Assembly: GCA_964352335.1 (NCBI GenBank)
Contig: CAYGRO010000002.1
Span: forward strand, 77,138 to 141,137
DNA length: 64,000 bases
DNA from: an uncultured Gammaproteobacteria bacterium
GTDB lineage: Bacteria; Patescibacteriota; Patescibacteriia; VMEV01; CAYQCH01
Direction of reading: 5' to 3'
The position numbers and the translations under genes were made by a program. Under the pieces are notes generated by a model. It did not search any database and was not told the origin of the DNA. It worked only from the letters and a program-made list of their open reading frames with translations. Below, one piece after another: positions 16,548 through 25,651 of this stretch (its first letter is position 1; the number at the start of each line of letters is the position of its first letter).

Positions 16548-17264
16548 TTATTTATTATATTTTGATTTTAATTCAGCAATTCGTTGATCCAATAACGGCT
16601 GAGGATTAATACTGTTAATAACTTCATAATAAGGAATAGTCTCGCTTTCTCTATCTGTTTTTTCTAACCAGTCGATAAAGGCTTCATACAATTCATATTG
16701 CCCAGGGATTTCATTTAAACCTTGTCTATAGACATCATCAACAACATATTGTGGTGTGCCAGGAATTTGCATATAGGCTTTTGCTTGACCGAGATACAAT
16801 TCATAAATAGATGGAAATTCTATTTTTGCAAATTCATATGTTTTAGCAGCTAGTTCTGGTTGTCCCAGTTCTAAATACAAATCTCCTTTATCAGCTAATA
16901 ATAAATAATCCTCTGAATTTAATTCTTCGGCAATTTCATACATTACAAGAGCTTTTTGATTGTCGTTTAGATCATCTAAAATCCTAGCTATCTCTAATGC
17001 CTGTTCATCTGTAATTGTAGCCCCTTGTTTAAATTCTTGAACAGATACACGGATTTCCTCTTCAAAACCTCTATTTTCTCCCGTTGTAAAAAGCGAATGC
17101 GAGGTATCAATCCCCTCTTGTAATAGAAGGATTGTTTTTTGCGTAGGTGTTTTTTCGGTTAAAAAGCCATCACCATAAGTCAAAAAAAATGGTACAGCGA
17201 TAGCAAGAATAACTGCAATAACAGCTAATAAAACTAGTTTCTTATTTGTTGTCGTATTTTTCAT
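16548..17264 (-). CDS. Membrane-anchored TPR-like repeat protein
   Basis: N-terminal TM followed by helical repeat-like sequence; no enzymatic motif. Confidence 0.35.
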   Translation of the reverse strand: MKNTTTNKKLVLLAVIAVILAIAVPFFLTYGDGFLTEKTPTQKTILLLQEGIDTSHSLFTTGENRGFEEEIRVSVQEFKQGATITDEQALEIARILDDLNDNQKALVMYEIAEELNSEDYLLLADKGDLYLELGQPELAAKTYEFAKIEFPSIYELYLGQAKAYMQIPGTPQYVVDDVYRQGLNEIPGQYELYEAFIDWLEKTDRESETIPYYEVINSINPQPLLDQRIAELKSKYNK

Positions 17265-17418
17265 ATATGCTTACTTTACTATAAAAACAAAGACCAAATC
17301 AATAATTCTATTTTACCATTAATACCTGTTTCCACGCTATTTTCTCCTAATAAAAGAACCCCGCCAATTGGCGGGGTCTTTTAACTCGATGAGTAATCTT
17401 ACGCGCTAGGCGAAAAGA

Positions 17419-20400
17419 TTATCCACAAAGGTTAGACTCGAAAGTCATATTGTTCGCAGCGAATGTATTAAGATCAGCTAATCGAGCAGCAAGCGTAGTA
17501 TACGCAACACCACCGATAGTGAAATCATATTGATTCATTGTTAATTGGATGTTGTCATTTGTAGAACATCCAGTAGCATCAACACGTAATTCGTAGTCAT
17601 GTGTTCCTGAAGTGTTAAGCAATGTTAACCCTGGGAATACATAAGCTGAAGCAGCGATAGCTACAGTAGCTTGAACTGTTCCATCGATAACAAGATCAAT
17701 GTTATCAGTACCAAGACAAACAGCAGCAGCATCGTTAGTGTTACAGTTCCCACCAAGAGCATTTAACTGAATATTTGAACCAGAACCAACGATCAAGTCG
17801 AAGTTTCCAATAGGCATATCAGTTTGACCTGGTAAGATGCTTGCAGCACCAGTAGCTTTAGATACAACACGTAATTGTCCATTTAATGGAGTTAATACAC
17901 GCCCTGTGAATGTTGTTAGACCAGCAGCGTCATTTACAGTAATACCTGAATCAAGTCCTTTCATTGTAATACCAGTTTGGTTTACAACGTCAACAGACAA
18001 TGTGTCATTTGTTGGATCTGGTTGATTTGAATCACCAGCATTAGGACCAGTCGCTTCTACAGTAATAACCGCATTAGAACCAGCGGCCACTTTAATTTGA
18101 CCAGGGTTGAAAGTACAGTTAGGAGTAACATTTGTTACAGTACGAGAACAAATTTCTGTAGCAGCAGAGGCATATGTACCAGCAACTGTAGCTCCTTCGA
18201 TGAAGAATTTAACAGTTTTGATATTTTGCAATGCAGCAGCAGAGTTTTGTGTAATTGTTGCAGCAACATTTGTTAATGAAGCACCTTCAGCATTTGTCAA
18301 TTGAACAGAAACTTTATTACCAGTTAATGTTTCATTTTGACCAAGGAATTGTTGTGGAGGAAGTGTAGACTGAGCAGTTGTAATTACAACAGCAGCAGAG
18401 AAGATCACAGATCCACCAGCAGTAACAGTTGTAAAGTTAAGTGCTTGTCCAGAACTAGCTCCAGAACCAGAAAGTGCATTCAAAGTAGTAGCAGCTACTA
18501 CAGTACCTGGAGTTACAGTTCCAGCTTGTGTACATTCAACAACTAATGTTCGTTCACTATTAGATTGTACAGTGAAGTTCATTGAGAATGTTAATGTTTG
18601 GATTGCTGCAGCACCACTTAAAGCTTGTGATTGACTTTGGTTTTCACCGTCCTTTGTTTTCACTCGAACAGTTGTACATGAACCATTGTTTACACCAGCA
18701 GCGAAAGCGATTGTTACAGAAGTAATCAATACATTTTCAGTTGATGGACCAAGGATTACATATTCACCCATTGCTTTATTAGAAGCATTAGATACAACGT
18801 TCAAAGATGTAGAGTCAGCTTGTACGCTGATTCCAGAAAGAAGAACCACAGTTACAAGTGTTCCTTGAACTGTCCCAGATGGGAAGTTTACAGAACCACC
18901 AATATCAAATGAGATATTGCTTGAACCAGCAGTTAATTGAAGACCAACGATATCATTAGCTTCATATGTAGTATCTACTCCAGATGGGTTAGCATCACAT
19001 TCAACGATGATAACATAGTCACCAACGTTCAATACTTTAGAGAAGTTTACAGTTACAATAGTAGCTAAATTAGGGCTTACTGTAGAACCAACTTGTGATC
19101 GGTTCATAGCACCTAAGTCTACATTTGATTCGTCAATTTCAGCAGCACCTGGAAGGTTAGAAATGTAAGTTTCACAATTCGTTAAACCTTCAGCAGTACC
19201 AGTTTGAGCTTGAATCATTTGTAAGTTCAAAGAGTTTAATGTAGCTCGAGAACCTCGAATTTCTACTAAGAATACAGCAACAGTAGCGTTAGATGTACCA
19301 TTAGAGATTTGGTCACCAGATCCAGAAGATTGGTTAAGACCAGTTACAGAAGTAGCTAAGTTTACATTAGTAACAGTTGCAGATGAACCATTAATTGTGA
19401 AAGTAGCAGATAATGTAAGTGTTGTTACTGTAGGCGCAACAAATACATTCCGTTGAGCATCAATGAAGATGAACATTGGAGCTGGGTATTCAACATCGAT
19501 ACCGATAGTTTGTCCAGCTTGACCCCAAACGTCACACCATAATTCAATAGTGTAAGATTGGTCGTTAAAGAATTGGTCAGATTCGTTCACCATGAATACC
19601 ATGAATGAACCAACCCACATCCAATCACCAGTAATTACATTACCATTTCGAGTAGCGAAACAGTTTGTAACATCAAGAGTTCCAGAAGTATCGAAAACTA
19701 AATGTGGAACATTAGCTTCGTTTCCAGAAACGCTTAATTGGTATTGGAATAATCGAACTTGTTCTCCTGGTTCTACTGTACCTGGACCAACTGGAGAGTT
19801 GAAAGAGATTACAGAGATATCAGAAGAAAGAATAGTAACAGCTGAACGGTTCATTAATTCAATAGCAGAGCTAAGAACTACAGCAGAACCATTTACAGTC
19901 ATTCCTGTTAAATCAAGAATGAATAGACCAGAAGTAGATGTAGTACCACCCATTACCATTACTTCATTACATTCACCTGTTCCGAAAGTAAGACCATTTC
20001 CTTCAATTACTTCAGCAACACCTTTAGTGTCGTCAGATGAAGTAAGTTTAGCGAAGAAACCGTCACCTTCTACGTGAACTGTTGCATTAGAGTTGAAACT
20101 TACTGTCCCTCGACCAGAGTCGAAAGTCCAAGCATCAACAGTAACTGAACCAGAACCGTTGTAACAGATGTTTAATTCAACATGACCTAATGTGAACACT
20201 GTTCCGTTAGAAGCATTAGCAGTTTTATCTACTCCACTTGTAACAGTAAGTGACCAGTCAGCACCAGAAGTTGGAGGAGGAGTTCCTGAACCACCTTCTA
20301 AAGTACCTTTTCGATCTGGAGTTGTAACACCAGCGAAAGGCATAGCTGATCCCATTGTGCTACCAAACCATGTGTTTAAAGCAGCTTGGTCAGAGAACAT

Positions 20401-21021
20401 GATTACAGCAGCTAATACAGCTGAGTTTACTCCAGTTAACATAGAGTGTCCTGCAGAAGTAGCAACGTAGTAATCAGAACCTAACATACCAATAGTACCA
20501 ATTGGAGCCATAGCAGCACCAATAGCATTAGCATTTACATTTCCAGAAGCTACAGTGTAGTTTGTGAAAAATGCGTCAGGTACGTCTTGAATTTTTGTTG
20601 CCCAGTTAGATCCGAAAAGAGCCAAAGCAGTAGCTTCGTCAGCAATTGAATGTAATTGAGCATTAGCACCTACCATATAAACTTTAGGGTCAGTAGTGAT
20701 TTTCACTAATTGAGCACCTGGACGGTAAGTAACATTTCCTCCGATAGCAACAGCAGCTAATTCAGAATCAGTAATAGTTTTTACTGTGCTGAAATCAGAC
20801 CACCAAGTTTTGTAAGTTTTTTCATTAGGGAAAACATATCGTTTACCGTCATTACCAACGTAGTAAAGAGCGGCTAAACTAGCTTTCACTAATTCACCTG
20901 GAGCTACAGCAGCTTCAGAAGCAGCAGCAGATAGAGGTGCAAATGCTGCGATTCCGATAGACCATGTAATAGTCATCACAGAAACAGCGATTGTGAATCC
21001 TTTTTTAAGAGTTTTTTTCAT
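17419..21021 (-). CDS. Giant secreted surface protein (1200 aa), Thr/Ser/Gly/Asn/Val-rich beta-repeat body, N-terminal shared domain
   Basis: Signal peptide. Residues ~40-160 carry the shared domain (ALYYVGNDGKRYVFPNEKTYKTWWSDFSTVKTITDSELAAVAIGGNVTYRPG...). The remainder is low-complexity and adhesin-like; no LPXTG motif. Confidence 0.6.
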   Translation of the reverse strand: MKKTLKKGFTIAVSVMTITWSIGIAAFAPLSAAASEAAVAPGELVKASLAALYYVGNDGKRYVFPNEKTYKTWWSDFSTVKTITDSELAAVAIGGNVTYRPGAQLVKITTDPKVYMVGANAQLHSIADEATALALFGSNWATKIQDVPDAFFTNYTVASGNVNANAIGAAMAPIGTIGMLGSDYYVATSAGHSMLTGVNSAVLAAVIMFSDQAALNTWFGSTMGSAMPFAGVTTPDRKGTLEGGSGTPPPTSGADWSLTVTSGVDKTANASNGTVFTLGHVELNICYNGSGSVTVDAWTFDSGRGTVSFNSNATVHVEGDGFFAKLTSSDDTKGVAEVIEGNGLTFGTGECNEVMVMGGTTSTSGLFILDLTGMTVNGSAVVLSSAIELMNRSAVTILSSDISVISFNSPVGPGTVEPGEQVRLFQYQLSVSGNEANVPHLVFDTSGTLDVTNCFATRNGNVITGDWMWVGSFMVFMVNESDQFFNDQSYTIELWCDVWGQAGQTIGIDVEYPAPMFIFIDAQRNVFVAPTVTTLTLSATFTINGSSATVTNVNLATSVTGLNQSSGSGDQISNGTSNATVAVFLVEIRGSRATLNSLNLQMIQAQTGTAEGLTNCETYISNLPGAAEIDESNVDLGAMNRSQVGSTVSPNLATIVTVNFSKVLNVGDYVIIVECDANPSGVDTTYEANDIVGLQLTAGSSNISFDIGGSVNFPSGTVQGTLVTVVLLSGISVQADSTSLNVVSNASNKAMGEYVILGPSTENVLITSVTIAFAAGVNNGSCTTVRVKTKDGENQSQSQALSGAAAIQTLTFSMNFTVQSNSERTLVVECTQAGTVTPGTVVAATTLNALSGSGASSGQALNFTTVTAGGSVIFSAAVVITTAQSTLPPQQFLGQNETLTGNKVSVQLTNAEGASLTNVAATITQNSAAALQNIKTVKFFIEGATVAGTYASAATEICSRTVTNVTPNCTFNPGQIKVAAGSNAVITVEATGPNAGDSNQPDPTNDTLSVDVVNQTGITMKGLDSGITVNDAAGLTTFTGRVLTPLNGQLRVVSKATGAASILPGQTDMPIGNFDLIVGSGSNIQLNALGGNCNTNDAAAVCLGTDNIDLVIDGTVQATVAIAASAYVFPGLTLLNTSGTHDYELRVDATGCSTNDNIQLTMNQYDFTIGGVAYTTLAARLADLNTFAANNMTFESNLCG

Positions 21022-21367
21022 AGAGAATCTTTAAGTGACTAACAGTCGACATCTCCATATTTTGAAAACGTTTTTGCCATTACCTATTTCTATCACCAAT
21101 GAAGGTGTCTACCTTTCTATAGAGATAACTAATGCGTTTTGCGAAAATATGATTGAGAAGCAATCAATTAACCACTAGTAATTCCTGAACTCCTTCAACT
21201 ACCACGAATTAAAATTTTGGTAGTATAGGGACAGGGTTATGAGGGTGAGAGGTTCTCCTCCCCCATGAACCCTGCCTTGAAGGGCTCAGATTATTTTTCT
21301 AGCTACAAAAGTAGCAAACGGGATACAAATCAAAATGATTTGAACCTTGTTTACTACTCTTCAATAT

Positions 21368-21395
21368 ATTGTAAATGAGCGAACCGAACTGTCAA
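21368..21395 (-). promoter_or_regulatory. sigma70-like promoter TTGACA-16-TACAAT (minus strand) driving a ~340-nt leader of the giant surface protein gene
   Basis: On the minus strand, TTGACA at 21395-21390 and TACAAT at 21373-21368. The downstream leader contains a 7-bp stem cagggtt/aaccctg enclosing a G/C-rich element at ~21222-21266. Confidence 0.4.
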
Positions 21396-21406
21396 TGTGG
21401 ATAGAA

Positions 21407-22765
21407 TTATTCTTTCTTCACTTCTATCAGCTCCTCTAGTACCTTTTCTGTAGAATTTGAGTCATCCTCTTCTTGCATCTCCTCTTTTGGTTCTTCTTGG
21501 TCTACTTTTTCTGAAGCTTCTTTTTTATTTAATTCAATGAGTGCATCTAATTTTGCTTGACGATTTTTTCGCTCAAGTCTTAGATTTTGACTAAGGACAT
21601 CAATTTCAGTTTTTGTTTCCGAAAGACGATCTAAAGCAGTTTTAAACTCACCTAATTCAATCAATTCTTCGATAAAACTGATTTGCTCTTGTATCTTCGT
21701 CTCTAAAGAACCACGCATTGTTACCAAGAGGTCTTGTTCTTTCGTAGTTGAAGGTTCTTCTGTTGAATCTGAATCATTAGAAGAATCATCTTCAGTAGTA
21801 TCGTCATCTTTAGATTCTTCAACAAGAGTTGCTTCGATTGAAACAAGTGAATTTTCTTCGATTTGTTTTGTAATAAGCTCAACATCCTCTAATCGTTTTG
21901 TAAAACCATTTACTTGTTCTTTTACAGTAGCTAATTGTGCTTGAACGGATTTTTTAAGATCTTCTTTACTAACTTCTTCCCCACCGTCTTCATGATTTAC
22001 CGCAATAATATTAAGCGCATTAATAGCGACTTCTTGAACAGCGCTTAAAGCTAATTGAATATCTTCAGAATCTTGTGCTACTTCATGCCCTAATTGCTCA
22101 ACGGATGTTTTTAAATCCTGTTTATATGAAGCTGTTTTTTCTTCAATAATTCTTGCAATTTCAAGAGCATCATCAGATGAATTATCTGAAGTATTTTCTT
22201 CTTTTGTTGAATCTAAACGTTTTTTAACCGTATCTGTATTCTTTTTAAGCTCTTCTAAAGCTAAAACAATTTTTTGTTGTCTTTCTGGACTTGGAGTTTG
22301 TTCTTGAGTAATACGATTTAACTCTGTTAAACGATTGGCAATTTGACCAACCTCTTTCGTTGCTTTTTTCTTTTCTGTAAAAGCAAATGAAAGCTCTACC
22401 GTTTCTAAGCTTCGTTTTAACGGATAAAGTGTGTCTCCTGGTAAACTAGAACGAGCCGCACTTACCGTAGCGATACCAGGCCCAACGATAATACCAGCAA
22501 CTAAAATAACCATTCCTAATGGCTTAAGAGAGATTCGACGAATTGCTTCTTGAAAATATAAAGCGAGAATTGCAAAAAATGAAGCCGAAGAATTGTTTTT
22601 AGAAACACCAAAATCCAACTCTGAAAGAAGTTGTTGTTTAAGAAGATTCTTTGAGTCTTCACTCAATTGAATATCTTTAAGATCTTTAAACTGATTTTGA
22701 ATTGTTTTCGGAAACTTTTTCATATTCGCGCTGTAATGCTTTTTGTGCTCTATGGAGAAGAACAC
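21407..22765 (-). CDS. Putative anti-sigma factor (TM + DUF5667-like LYPLKR motif + long acidic coiled-coil extracytoplasmic region)
   Basis: Immediately downstream of an ECF sigma gene. Contains a TM helix and the motif DTLYPLKRSLE. The annotated start overlaps the sigma gene by 80 nt; Met15 at ~22723 is the more likely start. Confidence 0.45.
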   Translation of the reverse strand: MFFSIEHKKHYSANMKKFPKTIQNQFKDLKDIQLSEDSKNLLKQQLLSELDFGVSKNNSSASFFAILALYFQEAIRRISLKPLGMVILVAGIIVGPGIATVSAARSSLPGDTLYPLKRSLETVELSFAFTEKKKATKEVGQIANRLTELNRITQEQTPSPERQQKIVLALEELKKNTDTVKKRLDSTKEENTSDNSSDDALEIARIIEEKTASYKQDLKTSVEQLGHEVAQDSEDIQLALSAVQEVAINALNIIAVNHEDGGEEVSKEDLKKSVQAQLATVKEQVNGFTKRLEDVELITKQIEENSLVSIEATLVEESKDDDTTEDDSSNDSDSTEEPSTTKEQDLLVTMRGSLETKIQEQISFIEELIELGEFKTALDRLSETKTEIDVLSQNLRLERKNRQAKLDALIELNKKEASEKVDQEEPKEEMQEEDDSNSTEKVLEELIEVKKE

Positions 22766-23267
22766 GAGTAGCTACAGGAGTTTTTTCAATGACTTGAGCA
22801 ATTTCACGTAAGCTCAATTCATCTACATGTCGTAATAAAATAATTTCTTTGTACGAATCTTTCAGTCTTTGTGTAAGTGATAATAGTTGTTCTGCATCTA
22901 TACTGATTTCAACTTTTTTATGAGAGTTATCTTCTTGTTGTTGTGCAGAATAATGTTCTAAAGGAACATCTTTTTGCCTTGCAGATTTTCTGTAATGGTC
23001 TATTACACGATTTCTGGCAATAATATAGATGAAGGCCTTTAAGTGCTTAACCTGAGAACTATTCTCATTTGTAAGCTCTTTCCAACTTTTGAGGAAAATA
23101 TCAGCAGTTAAGTCTTTCGCAATTTCTACATCACTGACCTTAAAATAGACAAACCTATAAATAGGATCAGCTAAATGGTCATAAAGTTGAGAAAATGCTT
23201 CTGCATCTTTTCCCTTCTGGATACGAACCAGCAATAATTGTTCTTTTACTTTATTCACAGGCTTCAT
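22686..23267 (-). CDS. ECF-subfamily RNA polymerase sigma-70 factor
   Basis: Region 2 (IYRFVYFKV...DLTADIFLKSW) and region 4 HTH (LREIAQVIEKTPVATRVLLHRAQKAL); 193 aa. Confidence 0.75.
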   Translation of the reverse strand: MKPVNKVKEQLLLVRIQKGKDAEAFSQLYDHLADPIYRFVYFKVSDVEIAKDLTADIFLKSWKELTNENSSQVKHLKAFIYIIARNRVIDHYRKSARQKDVPLEHYSAQQQEDNSHKKVEISIDAEQLLSLTQRLKDSYKEIILLRHVDELSLREIAQVIEKTPVATRVLLHRAQKALQREYEKVSENNSKSV

Positions 23268-23431
23268 TTAATAAGACGCTGAGGAATTTAAAATGTTACA
23301 CTAAGAAATTTTTAGAGAAAGAAAAAAGACAAATACTCTTTGAAATTAGGGTTATTTGCCTCTTTTATAGTGAGAGTACTATAACAAAAATAGATAAATT
23401 TGACTAGCTTTTAGGGTAGATTAAATCAATA

Positions 23432-23473
23432 TTGACAAGACATTCATATTTGTCTACACTATTCTAGACAAAT
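23432..23473 (+). promoter_or_regulatory. Promoter TTGACA-17-TACACT with overlapping palindromic operator ATTTGTCTA-N8-TAGACAAAT
   Basis: -35 at 23432-23437, -10 at 23455-23460. The inverted repeat 23448-23456/23465-23473 overlaps the -10 and lies upstream of the HTH gene. Confidence 0.45.
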
Positions 23474-23484
23474 AACGGAATTAT

Positions 23485-23757
23485 ATGGAATTTGAAGATA
23501 TTCGACTCAATGTCTCAGAGGCAGCCAAAATCTTTGGTATTAGTCAAAAAACGGTACGAAGAGCGCTGAATCAAGGCTCTCTCTCTTATATTGTTGTAAG
23601 AGGAAGATATAAGCTTTCCTTTAAAAGCCTTCTCGAATGGTCACAAAAATCAATAACAGTGAACAAAAAGCTTTCGACGAAAGGAATTGGTCAATATGTA
23701 AACCAATGGAAGATTTCAAATAAGCTATATAGCCCCCATCCTAAAAATATAAAGTAA
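23485..23757 (+). CDS. Small helix-turn-helix DNA-binding protein (excisionase/MerR-like HTH)
   Basis: N-terminal HTH (NVSEAAKIFGISQKTVRRALNQGSLSYIVVRGRYKL); 90 aa. Followed by a bidirectional terminator at ~23762-23792. Confidence 0.5.
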   Translation: MEFEDIRLNVSEAAKIFGISQKTVRRALNQGSLSYIVVRGRYKLSFKSLLEWSQKSITVNKKLSTKGIGQYVNQWKISNKLYSPHPKNIK

Positions 23758-23789
23758 AAAAGAACGTCCACTTAATGGACGTTCTTTTT

Positions 23790-24821
23790 TTATTTAAGTA
23801 ATACTCTCGCAGTAAGTGGGTCCCCTCTTCGAACGATCCCCAGCTCTATAGATTGCCCTGGCTGAGCTTTCTGTATAAGGTCAGATAAAGTAACTTGATG
23901 ATTTAATAAGTTGCCATCAACACTTACAATAAGATCATTGAGCTGAATTTGGTTTGAAACAATTGTTCTATCAATGGCCATAACAAGTGCACCTGATGAT
24001 GGTTGATTCACTATTGGGCTTTGTGCTAAATCAACATAGGTAATACCAAGACTTCCTCTTGTCAATTCATCGCTCTTCAATAACAAATCTAAACTTGAGC
24101 GAAGTGATAGGGCGTGAATCATCAGAGTTGTATCTGATTGTTCATCAGGAAGAACAAGACCAACCAGCTCGCTTTTTAAATTGTAGATCATTCCAGAAGA
24201 ATACTTACCAGAAAATTTGTGAAATGAGTTTTGCTGATCTGAATCGTACTCATTTGTCATTCGCTTTGCAGTACCAATATATTCCGTTCTTGCAATCAGT
24301 CCATCAAAATCTGTAACTAAGAGTGAATCAAATACTTCTAAATTGTCTTCTCTGGTTAAGGTTGCTGCTGTTAGATTTGATGATTCTACTTGGACATAGA
24401 CGAGCTCGACAGAAGGATCTTCAACAAATTCAATAACAGGAAGTAATTCACCTGAATTGAATCGTACATAATCCCATTGTTCTGCTTCAATAGTAGAATC
24501 GCTTACAGCAACGATCCATCCGTCATTTGTTAAAACAATACCTTGTGCAACAAAAACCAAACCTGAATCTGATGTATAGATTTCAACAATGCTAGGAGTT
24601 TCCGTTTTTTGTAGAGAGAGTAAGGCTGATTTCACTTTATCTAATTGATCACTACTATCTGTAATAATAAATGGTTGAGACAAGTCTAATGATGGACGAG
24701 TATTTAGTGAAGTGATAAGAACTTGTCCTAGAAATGCAGCTAAAAAAGCCGCAATACTAACAATGATTACTAGTAATACTCTAGATTGAAGAGAGAATGT
24801 TTTTTTACGATTAGATGCCAT
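23790..24821 (-). CDS. Membrane-anchored HtrA-like protein with C-terminal PDZ domain; protease triad apparently degenerate
   Basis: N-terminal TM and a trypsin-like middle region without a recognizable His or GNSGGP serine motif. C-terminal PDZ (GSLGITYVDL...GALVMAIDRT...DLIVSVDGNLL...GQSIELGIVRRG). Confidence 0.5.
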   Translation of the reverse strand: MASNRKKTFSLQSRVLLVIIVSIAAFLAAFLGQVLITSLNTRPSLDLSQPFIITDSSDQLDKVKSALLSLQKTETPSIVEIYTSDSGLVFVAQGIVLTNDGWIVAVSDSTIEAEQWDYVRFNSGELLPVIEFVEDPSVELVYVQVESSNLTAATLTREDNLEVFDSLLVTDFDGLIARTEYIGTAKRMTNEYDSDQQNSFHKFSGKYSSGMIYNLKSELVGLVLPDEQSDTTLMIHALSLRSSLDLLLKSDELTRGSLGITYVDLAQSPIVNQPSSGALVMAIDRTIVSNQIQLNDLIVSVDGNLLNHQVTLSDLIQKAQPGQSIELGIVRRGDPLTARVLLK

Positions 24822-24829
24822 ATGAGAAA

Positions 24830-25633
24830 TTACTGAATAAAGTAAGTTGAAAAAAAGATAATTGAAGCACTTAAACCCGCAATTACAAGCGGAATTGTTA
24901 ATTTAAGTTCTCCTTGTTGCCTCTTTTTAAGTAATTGTATTACTAATTCATTATAAATATAGTAGAACAACATTATAATCAAACCATACAGGAAAAAGTG
25001 GGTTGGAAGCAAGTTAAGAACAAGTAATAATTGTACCCCCAATAGTGTTCCAAAAGCTGAAAATATGAGTGTATGTTTTAATGCAATCTTATGTATTGAA
25101 TAAAGATCAAATTGAATGAAAAAATATACGAGAGCTGAAACAGAAATGCTAATACCAAATGGCACTTGAATGAAGGTCTGAAGCCCCACAATAGCCGTTG
25201 TAAAAAGCATTAGTGATAAAAGGTAGAGATAATTACTTAACTTCTCCAATGTATAAGCTTGATAGGAAATAGGTCGTTGCCAAAACAAAAATAGAGATTC
25301 TAACCATATCCATGTACAAAGAGGAAGCAAAACAAGTAACCCCCATAAAAGAAAAATGTTTTCCGAAAAAAAGAAGACTGTTAAACCAGATGCCCAAAGC
25401 AAAAAGAGAAATGGATAAAATCTTAGTCGAGAAATAAACGGATGCCCAGCGCCGATAAAAATAAGAATCAATAAGACAGAAAGAAGAATGATTCCACTAA
25501 TAACTCCGATGATAGGAAGAGTAATAGGCCCGAGTACTGTTGCAATCCATTGTGGATACGAATGCAATAATAACAATAACAAAAAGAGCACTGTACTAGA
25601 TAGAAACGGACTGAATCTCAGAAGAAAATACAT
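24830..25633 (-). CDS. Polytopic integral membrane protein, unknown function
   Basis: 267 aa with ~8 hydrophobic helices. Confidence 0.4.
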   Translation of the reverse strand: MYFLLRFSPFLSSTVLFLLLLLLHSYPQWIATVLGPITLPIIGVISGIILLSVLLILIFIGAGHPFISRLRFYPFLFLLWASGLTVFFFSENIFLLWGLLVLLPLCTWIWLESLFLFWQRPISYQAYTLEKLSNYLYLLSLMLFTTAIVGLQTFIQVPFGISISVSALVYFFIQFDLYSIHKIALKHTLIFSAFGTLLGVQLLLVLNLLPTHFFLYGLIIMLFYYIYNELVIQLLKKRQQGELKLTIPLVIAGLSASIIFFSTYFIQ

Positions 25634-25651
25634 GTGAAATAAGTGAGTAAT

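Noticed and set aside
17837-20470. Six 60-160-aa plus-strand ORFs inside the giant surface-protein gene
   Set aside because: Antisense to a 3.6-kb ORF of strongly biased, repetitive composition; no RBS or motifs.
22686-22765. Annotated 80-nt overlap between the anti-sigma ORF start and the sigma gene
   Set aside because: A more likely start is Met15 (~22723), giving a typical short coupled overlap; kept as one gene with an uncertain start.
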